Part shown: positions 20,166 through 29,207 of the stretch, piece by piece
Layout of the letters: the number at the start of each line of letters is the position of its first letter
How positions within the stretch are numbered: the stretch's first letter is position 1
Virus record (IMG/VR): IMGVR_UViG_3300018424_005577
Location: 37,912-101,911 of that record
Strand: one strand, 5' to 3'
Length of the DNA stretch: 64,000 nt
Source: a virus
The notes under the pieces: generated by a model
What the model was told of the DNA's origin: nothing
Databases searched by the model: none
Seen by the model: the letters and a program-made list of their open reading frames with translations, nothing else
Translations under genes and position numbers: made by a program

Positions 20166-21308
20166 ATGAAAGTTTACGATATTGTTTCTCTTAGAGAAGA
20201 TGAATTGCCAAACGCTAGTATGAGCGATTTGCGTTCTATGCAGTTTGTTGCTGACAAGCAAATATTACCTGATGGAAAAGTAAGAGTTTTATTACCAGAT
20301 GGTCAAATCTTAGATTTTGCCGACGAGGCTGAACTAGAAAGAGAAACACGAAAAGCTAAATCTAGACTAGCAACAAAAATAAGAGGGATACCTAGTTTAA
20401 CTAAACTTGCATCAAGTGCCGCAAGAGTAAACTGGTGGATACAAATTTCGGAAGCAATATATTCAGCTTACACAGAATTTAGCACAAATGGAATTAACGG
20501 TAATTACGAAGCAGTAAAAATGGAACTGCTTGAAGTAGGTGTTGCCGCTGGTTTAAGAGTAGTAATAGGAACTGTAAGAACACTGGCTAAAGGAGCAGGA
20601 GCTCTTAAATGGATCAAACGTTTAACTACTGCTAAACGTTCAGCACAAATGGCAACAGCGGCGTTAGGCGCGGCAGGTTTTGCAACAGGAGGTATAACCT
20701 GGGTAGGTGCATTGATTACAGGTGCCGGTTGGATTGCTACGGAAGTTGCGCTATACCTAGCTACAGATTATATAGCCGATATGATCATGGATGAGTTTTT
20801 CAATCCTGAAGAAGTTGAAAAAGAATTAGCAGAACAACTGCAAGATGAATTAAGTTTAATTTTAGGTTTGACTAGAAGTGCTAGACACGTAGACGCTGAC
20901 GGTGATGGCGAGCCAGACAATATCAATCCAGAAACTGGCAATGTAGTAGATCCAGAAACTGGTCAGGATTACAAATATGATTTAGGTGATTTAACTCCTG
21001 ATGATATAGAAAGATTACGCAATGCTACTCCAGGTCAAATTAATCAACTAGCCGATGATCCAAGATTTTCTGATGTATTGTCAGACTATAGAAATAGGAT
21101 GGACAGCATAGGCGGTCCTAATTCACGTCGTAGAAGTATAACTGATTTCGAAAGAGAATCAGTGCGTGAAGAATCTGACGAAGGAAAAGTAGCAGGTACT
21201 GAAGAACTACAAGGATTTGTAAACTTCTTAAAAGACAAAGGCTACGACAGAGATTTACGCACTAAAGTTGTAAAAGTTGCACAGCATACTATGCGTCAAT
21301 CAGATTAA
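20166..21308 (+). CDS. Hypothetical late protein with Ala/Gly-rich hydrophobic helices; candidate internal head/ejection protein
   Basis: 380-aa ORF; CTAAATA at 20131-20137; N-terminal MKVYDIVSLRE; hydrophobic segment ALGAAGFATGGITWVGALITGAGWIA. Confidence 0.7.
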   Translation: MKVYDIVSLREDELPNASMSDLRSMQFVADKQILPDGKVRVLLPDGQILDFADEAELERETRKAKSRLATKIRGIPSLTKLASSAARVNWWIQISEAIYSAYTEFSTNGINGNYEAVKMELLEVGVAAGLRVVIGTVRTLAKGAGALKWIKRLTTAKRSAQMATAALGAAGFATGGITWVGALITGAGWIATEVALYLATDYIADMIMDEFFNPEEVEKELAEQLQDELSLILGLTRSARHVDADGDGEPDNINPETGNVVDPETGQDYKYDLGDLTPDDIERLRNATPGQINQLADDPRFSDVLSDYRNRMDSIGGPNSRRRSITDFERESVREESDEGKVAGTEELQGFVNFLKDKGYDRDLRTKVVKVAQHTMRQSD

Positions 21309-21539
21309 CGGCAATCCTGTTTTATTAGTAGTTTCAATATTATCTTTAATAATCTTAGATAGAACATCTCTATCGTCTACACTTATTTTATAGAACAAGT
21401 CGTCGTAGCTTAGTGCGCCTCTCATATTCCAACCTATTCTATACAATGTATCTTTGAGTTGTTTTATATCGTTTTCGTATTGTACTGAAAGCTCTTGTAT
21501 CGCCGAGACGGATAGATTCAAGAGCGTGTTACGAAAAAA
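21300..21539 (-). CDS. -1 frame extension of the gp26-like chaperone (gp51/GT-like C-terminal domain, 77 aa added)
   Basis: Overlaps the end of 21518..22345 in the -1 frame exactly at T TTT TTC; no convincing start/RBS of its own. Confidence 0.65.
   Translation of the reverse strand, partial: FFRNTLLNLSVSAIQELSVQYENDIKQLKDTLYRIGWNMRGALSYDDLFYKISVDDRDVLSKIIKDNIETTNKTGLPLI
21491..21539 (-). promoter_or_regulatory. Programmed -1 ribosomal frameshift signal
   Basis: Slippery heptamer U UUU UUC (21539-21533), 7-nt spacer, stem GCUCUUG/CAAGAGC (21525-21519/21497-21491). Confidence 0.7.
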
Positions 21540-22345
21540 CTTGAGTAGTCCATGTTTACATTTGTAGTAAACGCATGATCGCATTCTGCACAATTTACAG
21601 TTTCTAAAGGATTGTTAAATGTTTTTTTAATTTCTTCAACATGTTTTTTTATTTCTCTATAAAACAATGAATCGCTTTGTGCAATGAAATCATTTATAGA
21701 TTTTGGATCAGTTTCTTTTTCGTTTGTAGACTCAATGCTAGAAATATACTCTAACATTATTTCTAATTGAAGTGCTGTAAGCTCTTTCATTACTTCAGAA
21801 ATATGAGCATCTTTTTGTTCTTTGGTCCAGTCTTCGGGCAATCCTACAACCTGTCTTTGGAAAGTATAGTTACGTAAATTATACGCAGTCATTTGATCAT
21901 AAGTCATAGGTTCATAATTAAATTTTAGACCCTCTATAACATTAGAATCAGGAAATGTTCTGTTTTGAAATTTTTCGAGATAGGCTTGTAAATTTAAAGC
22001 AAACGAAGATTTAGCCTTACATTCAGGACATGTTACTTCCATATCTAGTGTTTCGCCATATGTAGCTATTCTAATAGCAATTAACGCAAAGTCTATGTCA
22101 ATAGTAGGCATTAGTCCTGGTTTTAATATTGTAGGAATACAACTTTGAATAACTTGCTTTGTAGCATCGCCATTAAAAAGTGCATCTGGTGTTTTAAGTA
22201 ATATTTCGTCTGCCGCAGTCATTCCGAATACTGGCAGACTTACAGCTTGTCCATCAGCTAAAACCCCGTCGGGATAATAATTAGGAGACGGTAGATCAAT
22301 ATATATCTTAGGCTGTCTTTTGTACGATTCAAGAAAACTGCTCAT
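21518..22345 (-). CDS. Baseplate hub / tail assembly chaperone, T4 gp26-like
   Basis: RQPKIYIDLPS, MTAADEILLKTPDAL, D.D..LIAIR.A.YGE, two CxxC pairs, C-terminal SSFF. Confidence 0.75.
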   Translation of the reverse strand: MSSFLESYKRQPKIYIDLPSPNYYPDGVLADGQAVSLPVFGMTAADEILLKTPDALFNGDATKQVIQSCIPTILKPGLMPTIDIDFALIAIRIATYGETLDMEVTCPECKAKSSFALNLQAYLEKFQNRTFPDSNVIEGLKFNYEPMTYDQMTAYNLRNYTFQRQVVGLPEDWTKEQKDAHISEVMKELTALQLEIMLEYISSIESTNEKETDPKSINDFIAQSDSLFYREIKKHVEEIKKTFNNPLETVNCAECDHAFTTNVNMDYSSFFVTRS

Positions 22346-22356
22346 ATTATAATTCC

Positions 22357-22399
22357 TATAAATACATTATGTTATATACTTTATTTAAGTCTATAAATA
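22357..22399. promoter_or_regulatory. Divergent late promoters for gp26-like and tape-measure genes
   Basis: TATAAATA at 22357-22364 and 22392-22399 (+); TTAAATA at 22382-22388 (-). Confidence 0.65.
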
Positions 22400-22415
22400 A
22401 CCAGGAGATTTAGAT

Positions 22416-24743
22416 TTGGCAGTAAGAATACAAGGTGGTGGTGAACTTGACGGTGCAATACTAGCAGGTGTAGCTACCGAAGATGGTCAAAACGCAATCA
22501 GACAGCTTTTAGGCGGTCTACCTGGTGAATTAGGCAGAACTACCGCAGATAATATCAACGCAGCCAACGATTCTGGCGCTAACATGATCAGTCGCATGGC
22601 GCAAGGTACTATGACCGCTGTTACAGAAACGTTAACAGGAACTGCAAGTACGATTGCAGGAATAAGCGGTAACTTAATCCAAGGTAATTTTGCTCTTACT
22701 GATCAAACTAAAGTATTAAAAGATTCTTTTGGAAATTTAAACACAGGCTCTAATTTTCTAAACGGAGCCTTTGCAACTCTAGCAGGCGGTGCCGACAATG
22801 TAGTAAAATACATTCAAGATTCAGCAGATGCATTTAGGGGAATGAGTGATGCTGGCGGAGGTCTTGAAGGAGATTTAATTACTCTTAGAGTAGCCGCGGC
22901 CCAAACTAGAATGCCTCTAGATGAATTTGCAGGAATGGTAACTGAAAATTCTGCAAAACTTTTAGCATTAGGTGGTAGTGTTGATCAAGGTACAAGAGCA
23001 TTTGTAGAACAAAGTAAAGCATTTTATGATAGTAGACTAGGTTTAGGTGTTCAAGCTCTAGGTATAGGATTTGAAGAATCAAATCAATATCTAATGGACT
23101 ATATGGATGCCCAGCGTAGAAATGATACCTATCAAAATATGACTACAAGTCAGAGAAATAAAGCCGCTCAAGATTATATCTACGAATTAGATACACTAGC
23201 AAGACTAACAGGTAAAAGTCGTAAAGAACTTCAAGATGAAGCTAGGCAAAGAATGCGAGCAGGTCAAACTCAAGCCGCTCTAAGGCAGATAGAAAAACGC
23301 ACAGGTCAAGATGTTACTGCGGCTTATCAAACAATGGCTAGAGATATCAACGGAACACTCGGTCCTGGTTTTGCAGATATGTTTGATAGCATGGTTGCAC
23401 TAAATGGCGCAATTGACCCAACTAATGAAGCAATGAAAGGGTTGTATGCCGCGGCACCAGAGGCTGCTGAATCTATGAGTCAGGCAGCAAAATTAATGAA
23501 CCAAGGTGACATTGAAGGTGCTAATCGAATGATGGAGCAAGCACAGGCTCAAGCACTAGCAAGAATGGATTCTGATGAATACCTAAGTGTAGCAAGACTG
23601 GGCGGACTAGCAGGCGCAGTTGGTACAGCAAGTTCGGATTTACTAGAAGTTAATCAAGACTTTTTAGATGCAATTAAAACTCAAATTGATGGTAATAACA
23701 GAGCTGGTGCAAGTGCAGAAGAATTTGCAAATGCGTTAAACAGGGCAAGAGAAAATATTGCTACAGCACAAAATAACACGCAAAGCTCTCCAACTATGGG
23801 AGGTGTTGTTGCAACTGAAACAATGATTAGAGATACTGCTAGTGCTTTAGTAACAGAAATTGGCACTCAGTTTAGAACACAAATCGAAGGTGGAATGTTA
23901 GCTGTAAGAGATACAGTATTAAACAGCGAAATCGATCAAACAGTTCAAGATGTTATAAGAGGCGCAGGATCGATTATAGATCCTTCTGGTGTAGATGGAA
24001 TAATAAACGGATTACAAAATATTATTAATGATCCTGAAGCAAGCGAGCAATCTAAAGCCAATGCTCAACAATTATCAGAAATACTACAAGAACAAAGAGC
24101 AATACTTGTTGATTTAAATTCTTCACAAGCAGAAAAAGAAGCGGCTCTAGCATCTATCCAAGCAATATCACTAGAAGCACAAAATGATGTTACAAGAGTT
24201 CGCGAAGATATGCAACAAAATGATATTAATTTGGTTAACAGTTTAGTTGAAAGTGTAGGCACTGCTATTACTGATGCATTTAATAGTATTTTTGGTAACG
24301 GAACTACAATACCAGACGCAGAATTTCCTAACGCACAATTTCCAGAAGGGTCACCTCCTACTCAGATGAACAACGGTACAGTTGGCGAATTTGGTAGACT
24401 ATTTGCTGATTTTGGCGAAGGTACATCAGCAACATTACATAACAACGAAATGGTAGCAAACGAAGCTCAAATGCGAGAAGGTGTAAGAGAACTTACAAGT
24501 AGAATACAAAGTAGAGCAATTACTGCTCGTGCGAATCAACCTGCTCCTAACCAAGATTTTTCAGAAGTTATAAATCAACTTAGAACAATGCTTCAAGAAT
24601 CAGGCAGTCAGGGACAAGAAATGTTAAATACTACACTACAAGAATTAGCTGGCGTAGCACATAGACAGCTTGATGTTCAGTCTAAGAACTTACGTGCTTC
24701 TAGAAATTTAAGTGGAAATGTGTTTAAAGGCTTAGGATTTTAA
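22416..24743 (+). CDS. Tail tape-measure protein (gp29-like)
   Basis: 775 aa, Ala/Gln/Gly-rich helical; Y..ELD.LARLTG.SRKE motif; adjacent to frameshifting chaperone; TTG start with AGGAG RBS. Confidence 0.65.
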   Translation: MAVRIQGGGELDGAILAGVATEDGQNAIRQLLGGLPGELGRTTADNINAANDSGANMISRMAQGTMTAVTETLTGTASTIAGISGNLIQGNFALTDQTKVLKDSFGNLNTGSNFLNGAFATLAGGADNVVKYIQDSADAFRGMSDAGGGLEGDLITLRVAAAQTRMPLDEFAGMVTENSAKLLALGGSVDQGTRAFVEQSKAFYDSRLGLGVQALGIGFEESNQYLMDYMDAQRRNDTYQNMTTSQRNKAAQDYIYELDTLARLTGKSRKELQDEARQRMRAGQTQAALRQIEKRTGQDVTAAYQTMARDINGTLGPGFADMFDSMVALNGAIDPTNEAMKGLYAAAPEAAESMSQAAKLMNQGDIEGANRMMEQAQAQALARMDSDEYLSVARLGGLAGAVGTASSDLLEVNQDFLDAIKTQIDGNNRAGASAEEFANALNRARENIATAQNNTQSSPTMGGVVATETMIRDTASALVTEIGTQFRTQIEGGMLAVRDTVLNSEIDQTVQDVIRGAGSIIDPSGVDGIINGLQNIINDPEASEQSKANAQQLSEILQEQRAILVDLNSSQAEKEAALASIQAISLEAQNDVTRVREDMQQNDINLVNSLVESVGTAITDAFNSIFGNGTTIPDAEFPNAQFPEGSPPTQMNNGTVGEFGRLFADFGEGTSATLHNNEMVANEAQMREGVRELTSRIQSRAITARANQPAPNQDFSEVINQLRTMLQESGSQGQEMLNTTLQELAGVAHRQLDVQSKNLRASRNLSGNVFKGLGF

Positions 24744-24746
24744 TAG

Positions 24747-26492
24747 ATGAGTTGGAAAAAATATTTTACTCCTGTTCAAACTGGTGATAATACATCAGGA
24801 AGCTTCTCTCCTTTTTCTAATACTAGAGGAGGACAGCCAGGACCTGCACGTACAAATTATAGTTCATATTTGCCAGATGTATACGTAGGATCGCCCAACC
24901 GTGTTGAAAGATACGGACATTATAATACAATGGATTTAGATTCTGAAGTAAATGCGGCATTAGACATTCTTGCAGAATTTTGCACACAAAAGAATGACCA
25001 AAACGGAACAAACTTCAAGTTCGAATTTACCAAAAGTGCAACCAACTCAGAAGTACAAATTTTAAGTCAGTACCTCAAACAATGGTACAAACTCAATAAC
25101 TTTGAAACTAGAATGTTCAGAGTATTGCGTAATGTATTCAAGTATGGTGATCAAATCTTTTTAAGAGATCCAGAAACAAAAAAATTATTTCATATTGATC
25201 CAGCTAAAGTTAAAAGAATTATTGTAAATGAATCAGAAGGTAAAACTCCTGAGCAATATATTGTTAGAGATATAAACTTTAACTTTAGAGATTTAGTAGC
25301 TACAACGCCTCATCAAACAAATGGAAACATTACTGGAGGCGGAGAAGGTTATATCACCGGCGGTGTTAGAGGCATGGTAGGACAACCTAATCAAGCAACC
25401 TCCGGCAGTCGTTTTTCACTAGAAGATGGTGAAATAGCTATTGATGCAAAACATATTATACATCTAAGTTTATCAGAAGGTCTTGATAATAACTATCCAT
25501 TTGGTAATAGCTTGCTTGAAACAGTATTTAAAGTGTACAAGCAAAAAGAATTGCTTGAAGATGCAATTATTATCTACAGAGTGCAACGAGCACCTGAAAG
25601 GAGAGTATTCTACGTTGATGTGGGCAACATGCCATCACACCTTGCTATGCAATTTGTTGAGCGTGTTAAAACGGAAATACACCAAAGACGTATCCCATCC
25701 GCGACTGGGGGCGGTCAGAATGTCATAGACTCTAGTTACAATCCTCTATCAATCAACGAAGATTACTTTTTCCCTCAAACTGCTGAAGGCCGTGGCAGTA
25801 AAGTTGAAACACTACCAGGAGGAACTAATCTCGGAGAAATTGACGACTTAAGATATTTTACAAATAAACTTGTACGCGGTTTGCGTATACCTAGCTCATA
25901 CTTACCAACAGGTGCAGACGATGGCGCAACATCTTATAATGACGGTCGTGTTGGTACTGCATACATTCAAGAACTTCGTTTTAACACATACTGTGAACGC
26001 TTGCAAGGTCTTGTAATAGAAGATTTAAATCAAGAATTTAAACGTTACTTGTTAGAAAAAGGTGTAAACATTGATACTAACATGTTTGATCTTGTGTTTG
26101 AACCTCCGCAAAACTTTGCTAGTTACAGACAGGCAGAACTTGACAACAGTCGTGTTCCAACATTTACACAAATGAGTGCTATACCTTATGTTGCTAATAG
26201 ATTTGCGTTAAAACGTTTCTTAGGTTTAACTGATGAAGAAATTGCAGAAAATGAAGTTCTATGGCGCGAAGAAAATGATGAAAACATTGAACCAAATGCC
26301 GAAGACGCCGCCGCCGAAATGAGAGGCGCAGGAATTAGTTCAGCAGGTATAAGTGCAGATCTAGGTGGACTTGAAGACGAAGCACCTGACACAGGTGGAG
26401 AACTAGACGGCGGTGACACTGCCGGACCAGAATCAGCTACAACCGCTCCTCCAGGAGGCGGAGGTGATACTGGTGGCGATATACAGATTTAA
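24747..26492 (+). CDS. Portal vertex protein gp20
   Basis: LLEDAIIIYRVQRAPERRVFYVDVGNMP, EDYFFPQTAEGRGSKVETLPGG. Confidence 0.97.
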   Translation: MSWKKYFTPVQTGDNTSGSFSPFSNTRGGQPGPARTNYSSYLPDVYVGSPNRVERYGHYNTMDLDSEVNAALDILAEFCTQKNDQNGTNFKFEFTKSATNSEVQILSQYLKQWYKLNNFETRMFRVLRNVFKYGDQIFLRDPETKKLFHIDPAKVKRIIVNESEGKTPEQYIVRDINFNFRDLVATTPHQTNGNITGGGEGYITGGVRGMVGQPNQATSGSRFSLEDGEIAIDAKHIIHLSLSEGLDNNYPFGNSLLETVFKVYKQKELLEDAIIIYRVQRAPERRVFYVDVGNMPSHLAMQFVERVKTEIHQRRIPSATGGGQNVIDSSYNPLSINEDYFFPQTAEGRGSKVETLPGGTNLGEIDDLRYFTNKLVRGLRIPSSYLPTGADDGATSYNDGRVGTAYIQELRFNTYCERLQGLVIEDLNQEFKRYLLEKGVNIDTNMFDLVFEPPQNFASYRQAELDNSRVPTFTQMSAIPYVANRFALKRFLGLTDEEIAENEVLWREENDENIEPNAEDAAAEMRGAGISSAGISADLGGLEDEAPDTGGELDGGDTAGPESATTAPPGGGGDTGGDIQI

Positions 26493-26506
26493 AGATAAAT
26501 ATTATC

Positions 26507-26758
26507 ATGAACTTAAGAGAGATATTTTACATAGATAGAGATAGCCTTGAAAACGTGATAGACGATAGATATGATCCCGTCTATGACGATTCTATTGTCG
26601 ATCTAGATGACACACGTAAAACTCGATTAACACTTCGCCAGATTAACCGTGCTCGCAAGGCCGCTGAAGTACATACAAAAGCAAAAGAAAACGAACTTGA
26701 GTTTGTTAGACAGATGTATGGACTGGCAGCTCAGGCTGCCGCGGGTGGCGGATTGTAA
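26507..26758 (+). CDS. Small prohead-associated hypothetical protein (83 aa)
   Basis: DTRKTRLTLRQIN..RK motif; directly after portal; TAAATA at 26496-26501. Confidence 0.75.
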   Translation: MNLREIFYIDRDSLENVIDDRYDPVYDDSIVDLDDTRKTRLTLRQINRARKAAEVHTKAKENELEFVRQMYGLAAQAAAGGGL

Positions 26759-27492
26759 TGCCGAAGATAGATAAGTCTAAATATACAAAAGAAGAATTCC
26801 AAAAAATAAGAGACGCAAGAAGAGCAGAAAAAGCTAAACAGCGTAGTCTTAAACTTCAAAAAGAAATAACAGAAAGCAAATCAAATCCTTTGCCTAATAC
26901 CTCATCTAATACATGCTTTGTATTAGGAAATGGTGTAAGCAGGAAAGGTATACTACCTCAAGAACTTAATGTATACGGAAAGATATATGGCTGTAATGCA
27001 TTATACAGAGAATACAATCCTGATTACTTGGTTGCAGTAGATGTTAAAATGATTTTAGAAATATCTAAATCAGGATATCAATATAATCATCATGTTTGGA
27101 CCAATCCTAATAGAGCGTTTGCAAAAATACAAGGATTAAACTATTTTAGACCAAGTAAAGGGTGGAGTTCAGGACCAACTGCACTATGGCTTGCTAGTCA
27201 ACATGCTCATAAGAGAGTTTTTATTTTAGGTTTTGATTTCAAAGGGTTAGACGATGGTAAACGTTTAAACAACGTTTATGCGGACACAAATAACTACAAA
27301 AAGTCATCAGATGGTGCAACTTTTTTTGGAAACTGGCTAAGACAAACTACAACTGTAGTTAGAGAAAATCCTTTTATAGATTTTTATAGAGTAATAATGC
27401 CTGATAATTATATTCCAGACGAACTAAATAAATTTAACAATTTGAAGCATATTTTTGTTGAAGATTTCAAAAAAATGTTCAATCTTTCCTAG
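26758..27492 (+). CDS. Putative Maf/DUF115 (MptE-like) or sialyltransferase-fold glycosyltransferase-like protein
   Basis: FVLGNGVS, IYGCNALY, PDYLVAVD, SSG..A..LA, VFILGFD motif series. Confidence 0.55.
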   Translation: MPKIDKSKYTKEEFQKIRDARRAEKAKQRSLKLQKEITESKSNPLPNTSSNTCFVLGNGVSRKGILPQELNVYGKIYGCNALYREYNPDYLVAVDVKMILEISKSGYQYNHHVWTNPNRAFAKIQGLNYFRPSKGWSSGPTALWLASQHAHKRVFILGFDFKGLDDGKRLNNVYADTNNYKKSSDGATFFGNWLRQTTTVVRENPFIDFYRVIMPDNYIPDELNKFNNLKHIFVEDFKKMFNLS

Positions 27493-27602
27493 CATATATA
27501 CAAAATGGCTCGTTTTGAGCCTATATCTACGTACTTTTTCTTATAAATAGTAAATAATATTGACAGCCTTACCATAGGTATAACATTTATAGGAGATACA
27601 AA

Positions 27603-28544
27603 ATGGCAGATCAAAACAAGTTTGAAGAAATGCTTGAGCGCCTCATTGCTGAAGACAAAGCAGGTGCGGAAGAGCTTTTCCATGAAATCGTGGTAGAAAA
27701 ATCACGTGAAATTTATGCTGACCTACTTGAAAGCGATGTAGAAGACGAAGAAGTAGATGAAGCAACAGATGAAGAAGTAGATGAGTCATCAGACGACGAC
27801 AAAGAAGTTGAAGAAGCAAAAGACGAAGACGACGGCAAAGAAGTCGACGAAGGATTTGATCTTGACGAATTTGAAGTTGAAGCCGATGACGACATGGACG
27901 CTACAGACGACATGATGGGCGATATTGAAGTTCCAATGGACGGCGGCGACATGGACGGCATGGATATGGGTGACGAAGCTGAAGGTGACACTGAAGAGCG
28001 CATTGACGATCTTGAGGATGCACTAGAAAAACTACAACAAGATTTTGAAGAGCTACTAAACAAAGAAGGTGGCGATGACATGGACATGGGTGGCGAAGAA
28101 GGCGACGACATGGACATGGATATGGACGGTGGTGACGACGAAGAGGAAGCTGAAGAAGAATCAGTTGAATTAGAGTCAGCAGACGATGAAGAAACTAAAG
28201 AGTCTAGCAAATCACAAACCGAAACAATGAGAGAATATGTCGAAAAAGTAACTGCTAAAATGGGAGATACAGGTACAAACGGTACTAAGTCAGCTGTAGC
28301 AGGTAAAAACGACATGGGTGGTACAGCAAGTAATATTGCACAAAGTGACACAGGTGATGTAGCTGAAGCAGGAGCAGGTGGTTCTGTAAAAGGTTCAGCA
28401 TTAAGTGACACAACTGCTAAAGAAGATTCAGCAGGCAATGTTAATGTACCAGGCGGCAAAGCAAGTAAGAGCTTAAAGTCAGCCAGCAAGCCTAAAATGG
28501 GCGACACTGGTACTAACGGCACACGCAGTGTTGTTGGCCAGTAA
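27603..28544 (+). CDS. Acidic prohead core/scaffold protein
   Basis: Extremely D/E-rich with many V/L-x-E sites; KMGDTGTNGT repeated twice; upstream of protease; TATAAATA at 27542-27549. Confidence 0.7.
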   Translation: MADQNKFEEMLERLIAEDKAGAEELFHEIVVEKSREIYADLLESDVEDEEVDEATDEEVDESSDDDKEVEEAKDEDDGKEVDEGFDLDEFEVEADDDMDATDDMMGDIEVPMDGGDMDGMDMGDEAEGDTEERIDDLEDALEKLQQDFEELLNKEGGDDMDMGGEEGDDMDMDMDGGDDEEEAEEESVELESADDEETKESSKSQTETMREYVEKVTAKMGDTGTNGTKSAVAGKNDMGGTASNIAQSDTGDVAEAGAGGSVKGSALSDTTAKEDSAGNVNVPGGKASKSLKSASKPKMGDTGTNGTRSVVGQ

Positions 28545-28560
28545 AAGTAAGGAAGACTGA

Positions 28561-29193
28561 ATGATAAACTTACGAGAGCATTTGACATTTGACCAAGCAA
28601 GTATGGTCGTTGAGTCATCGGAAAACTCAACTGGAGGCAAAGATCTTTTTATGAAAGGTATTTGTATCCAAGGCGGAGTACGCAACGCAAACCAGCGTGT
28701 GTATCCTGTAAATGAGATTGGAAGGGCTGTCAAAACTCTCAATGATCAAATAAGCGGAGGATACAGTGTTCTCGGAGAGGTTGATCATCCAGAAGGACTT
28801 AACATTAACTTAGACCGTGTAAGCCATATGATCACAGAAATGTGGATGGATGGCCCAAATGGTTACGGAAAATTAAAAGTATTACCAACCCCTATGGGAC
28901 AACTAGTTCAAACTATGCTTGAAGCAGGTGTAAAACTAGGTGTTTCATCAAGGGGATCTGGGAATGTTTCAGAGGACGGCAACAATGAAGTAAGTGATTT
29001 TGAAATCATTACTGTTGATGTCGTTGCTCAACCTAGTGCTCCAGGGGCGTACCCAACGCCAATCTACGAGCATCTAATGAATGCCCGTGGTGGGTATAAG
29101 GCATACGAACTGGCGCAGGCGACTCGAGAAGACGCAAAGGCACAAAAGTACTTAAAAGAATCGTTGATTAATATAATCAACCGACTCCAATAA
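28561..29193 (+). CDS. Prohead protease gp21
   Basis: GEVDHP (His), LGVSSRGSG (Ser), DVVAQPSAPGAY. Confidence 0.95.
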   Translation: MINLREHLTFDQASMVVESSENSTGGKDLFMKGICIQGGVRNANQRVYPVNEIGRAVKTLNDQISGGYSVLGEVDHPEGLNINLDRVSHMITEMWMDGPNGYGKLKVLPTPMGQLVQTMLEAGVKLGVSSRGSGNVSEDGNNEVSDFEIITVDVVAQPSAPGAYPTPIYEHLMNARGGYKAYELAQATREDAKAQKYLKESLINIINRLQ

Positions 29194-29207
29194 AAGGAGA
29201 ACATAAC

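Noticed and set aside
19647-20261. Short minus-strand ORFs over the post-GIY-YIG region
   Set aside because: Atypical composition, no RBS; region better explained by structured RNA and hairpins
21540-21593. Start of the 97-aa ORF at 21593
   Set aside because: Overlaps the gp26-like gene, has no RBS and an implausible Cys-rich N-terminus; frameshift entry fits better
27560-27586. sigma70 promoter TTGACA before the scaffold gene
   Set aside because: No -10 box at 16-18 bp; tandem late boxes upstream explain expression
27713-28630. 305-aa Ser-rich antisense ORF
   Set aside because: Shadow of the GAA/GAC/GAT-rich acidic scaffold gene; no RBS or independent signal
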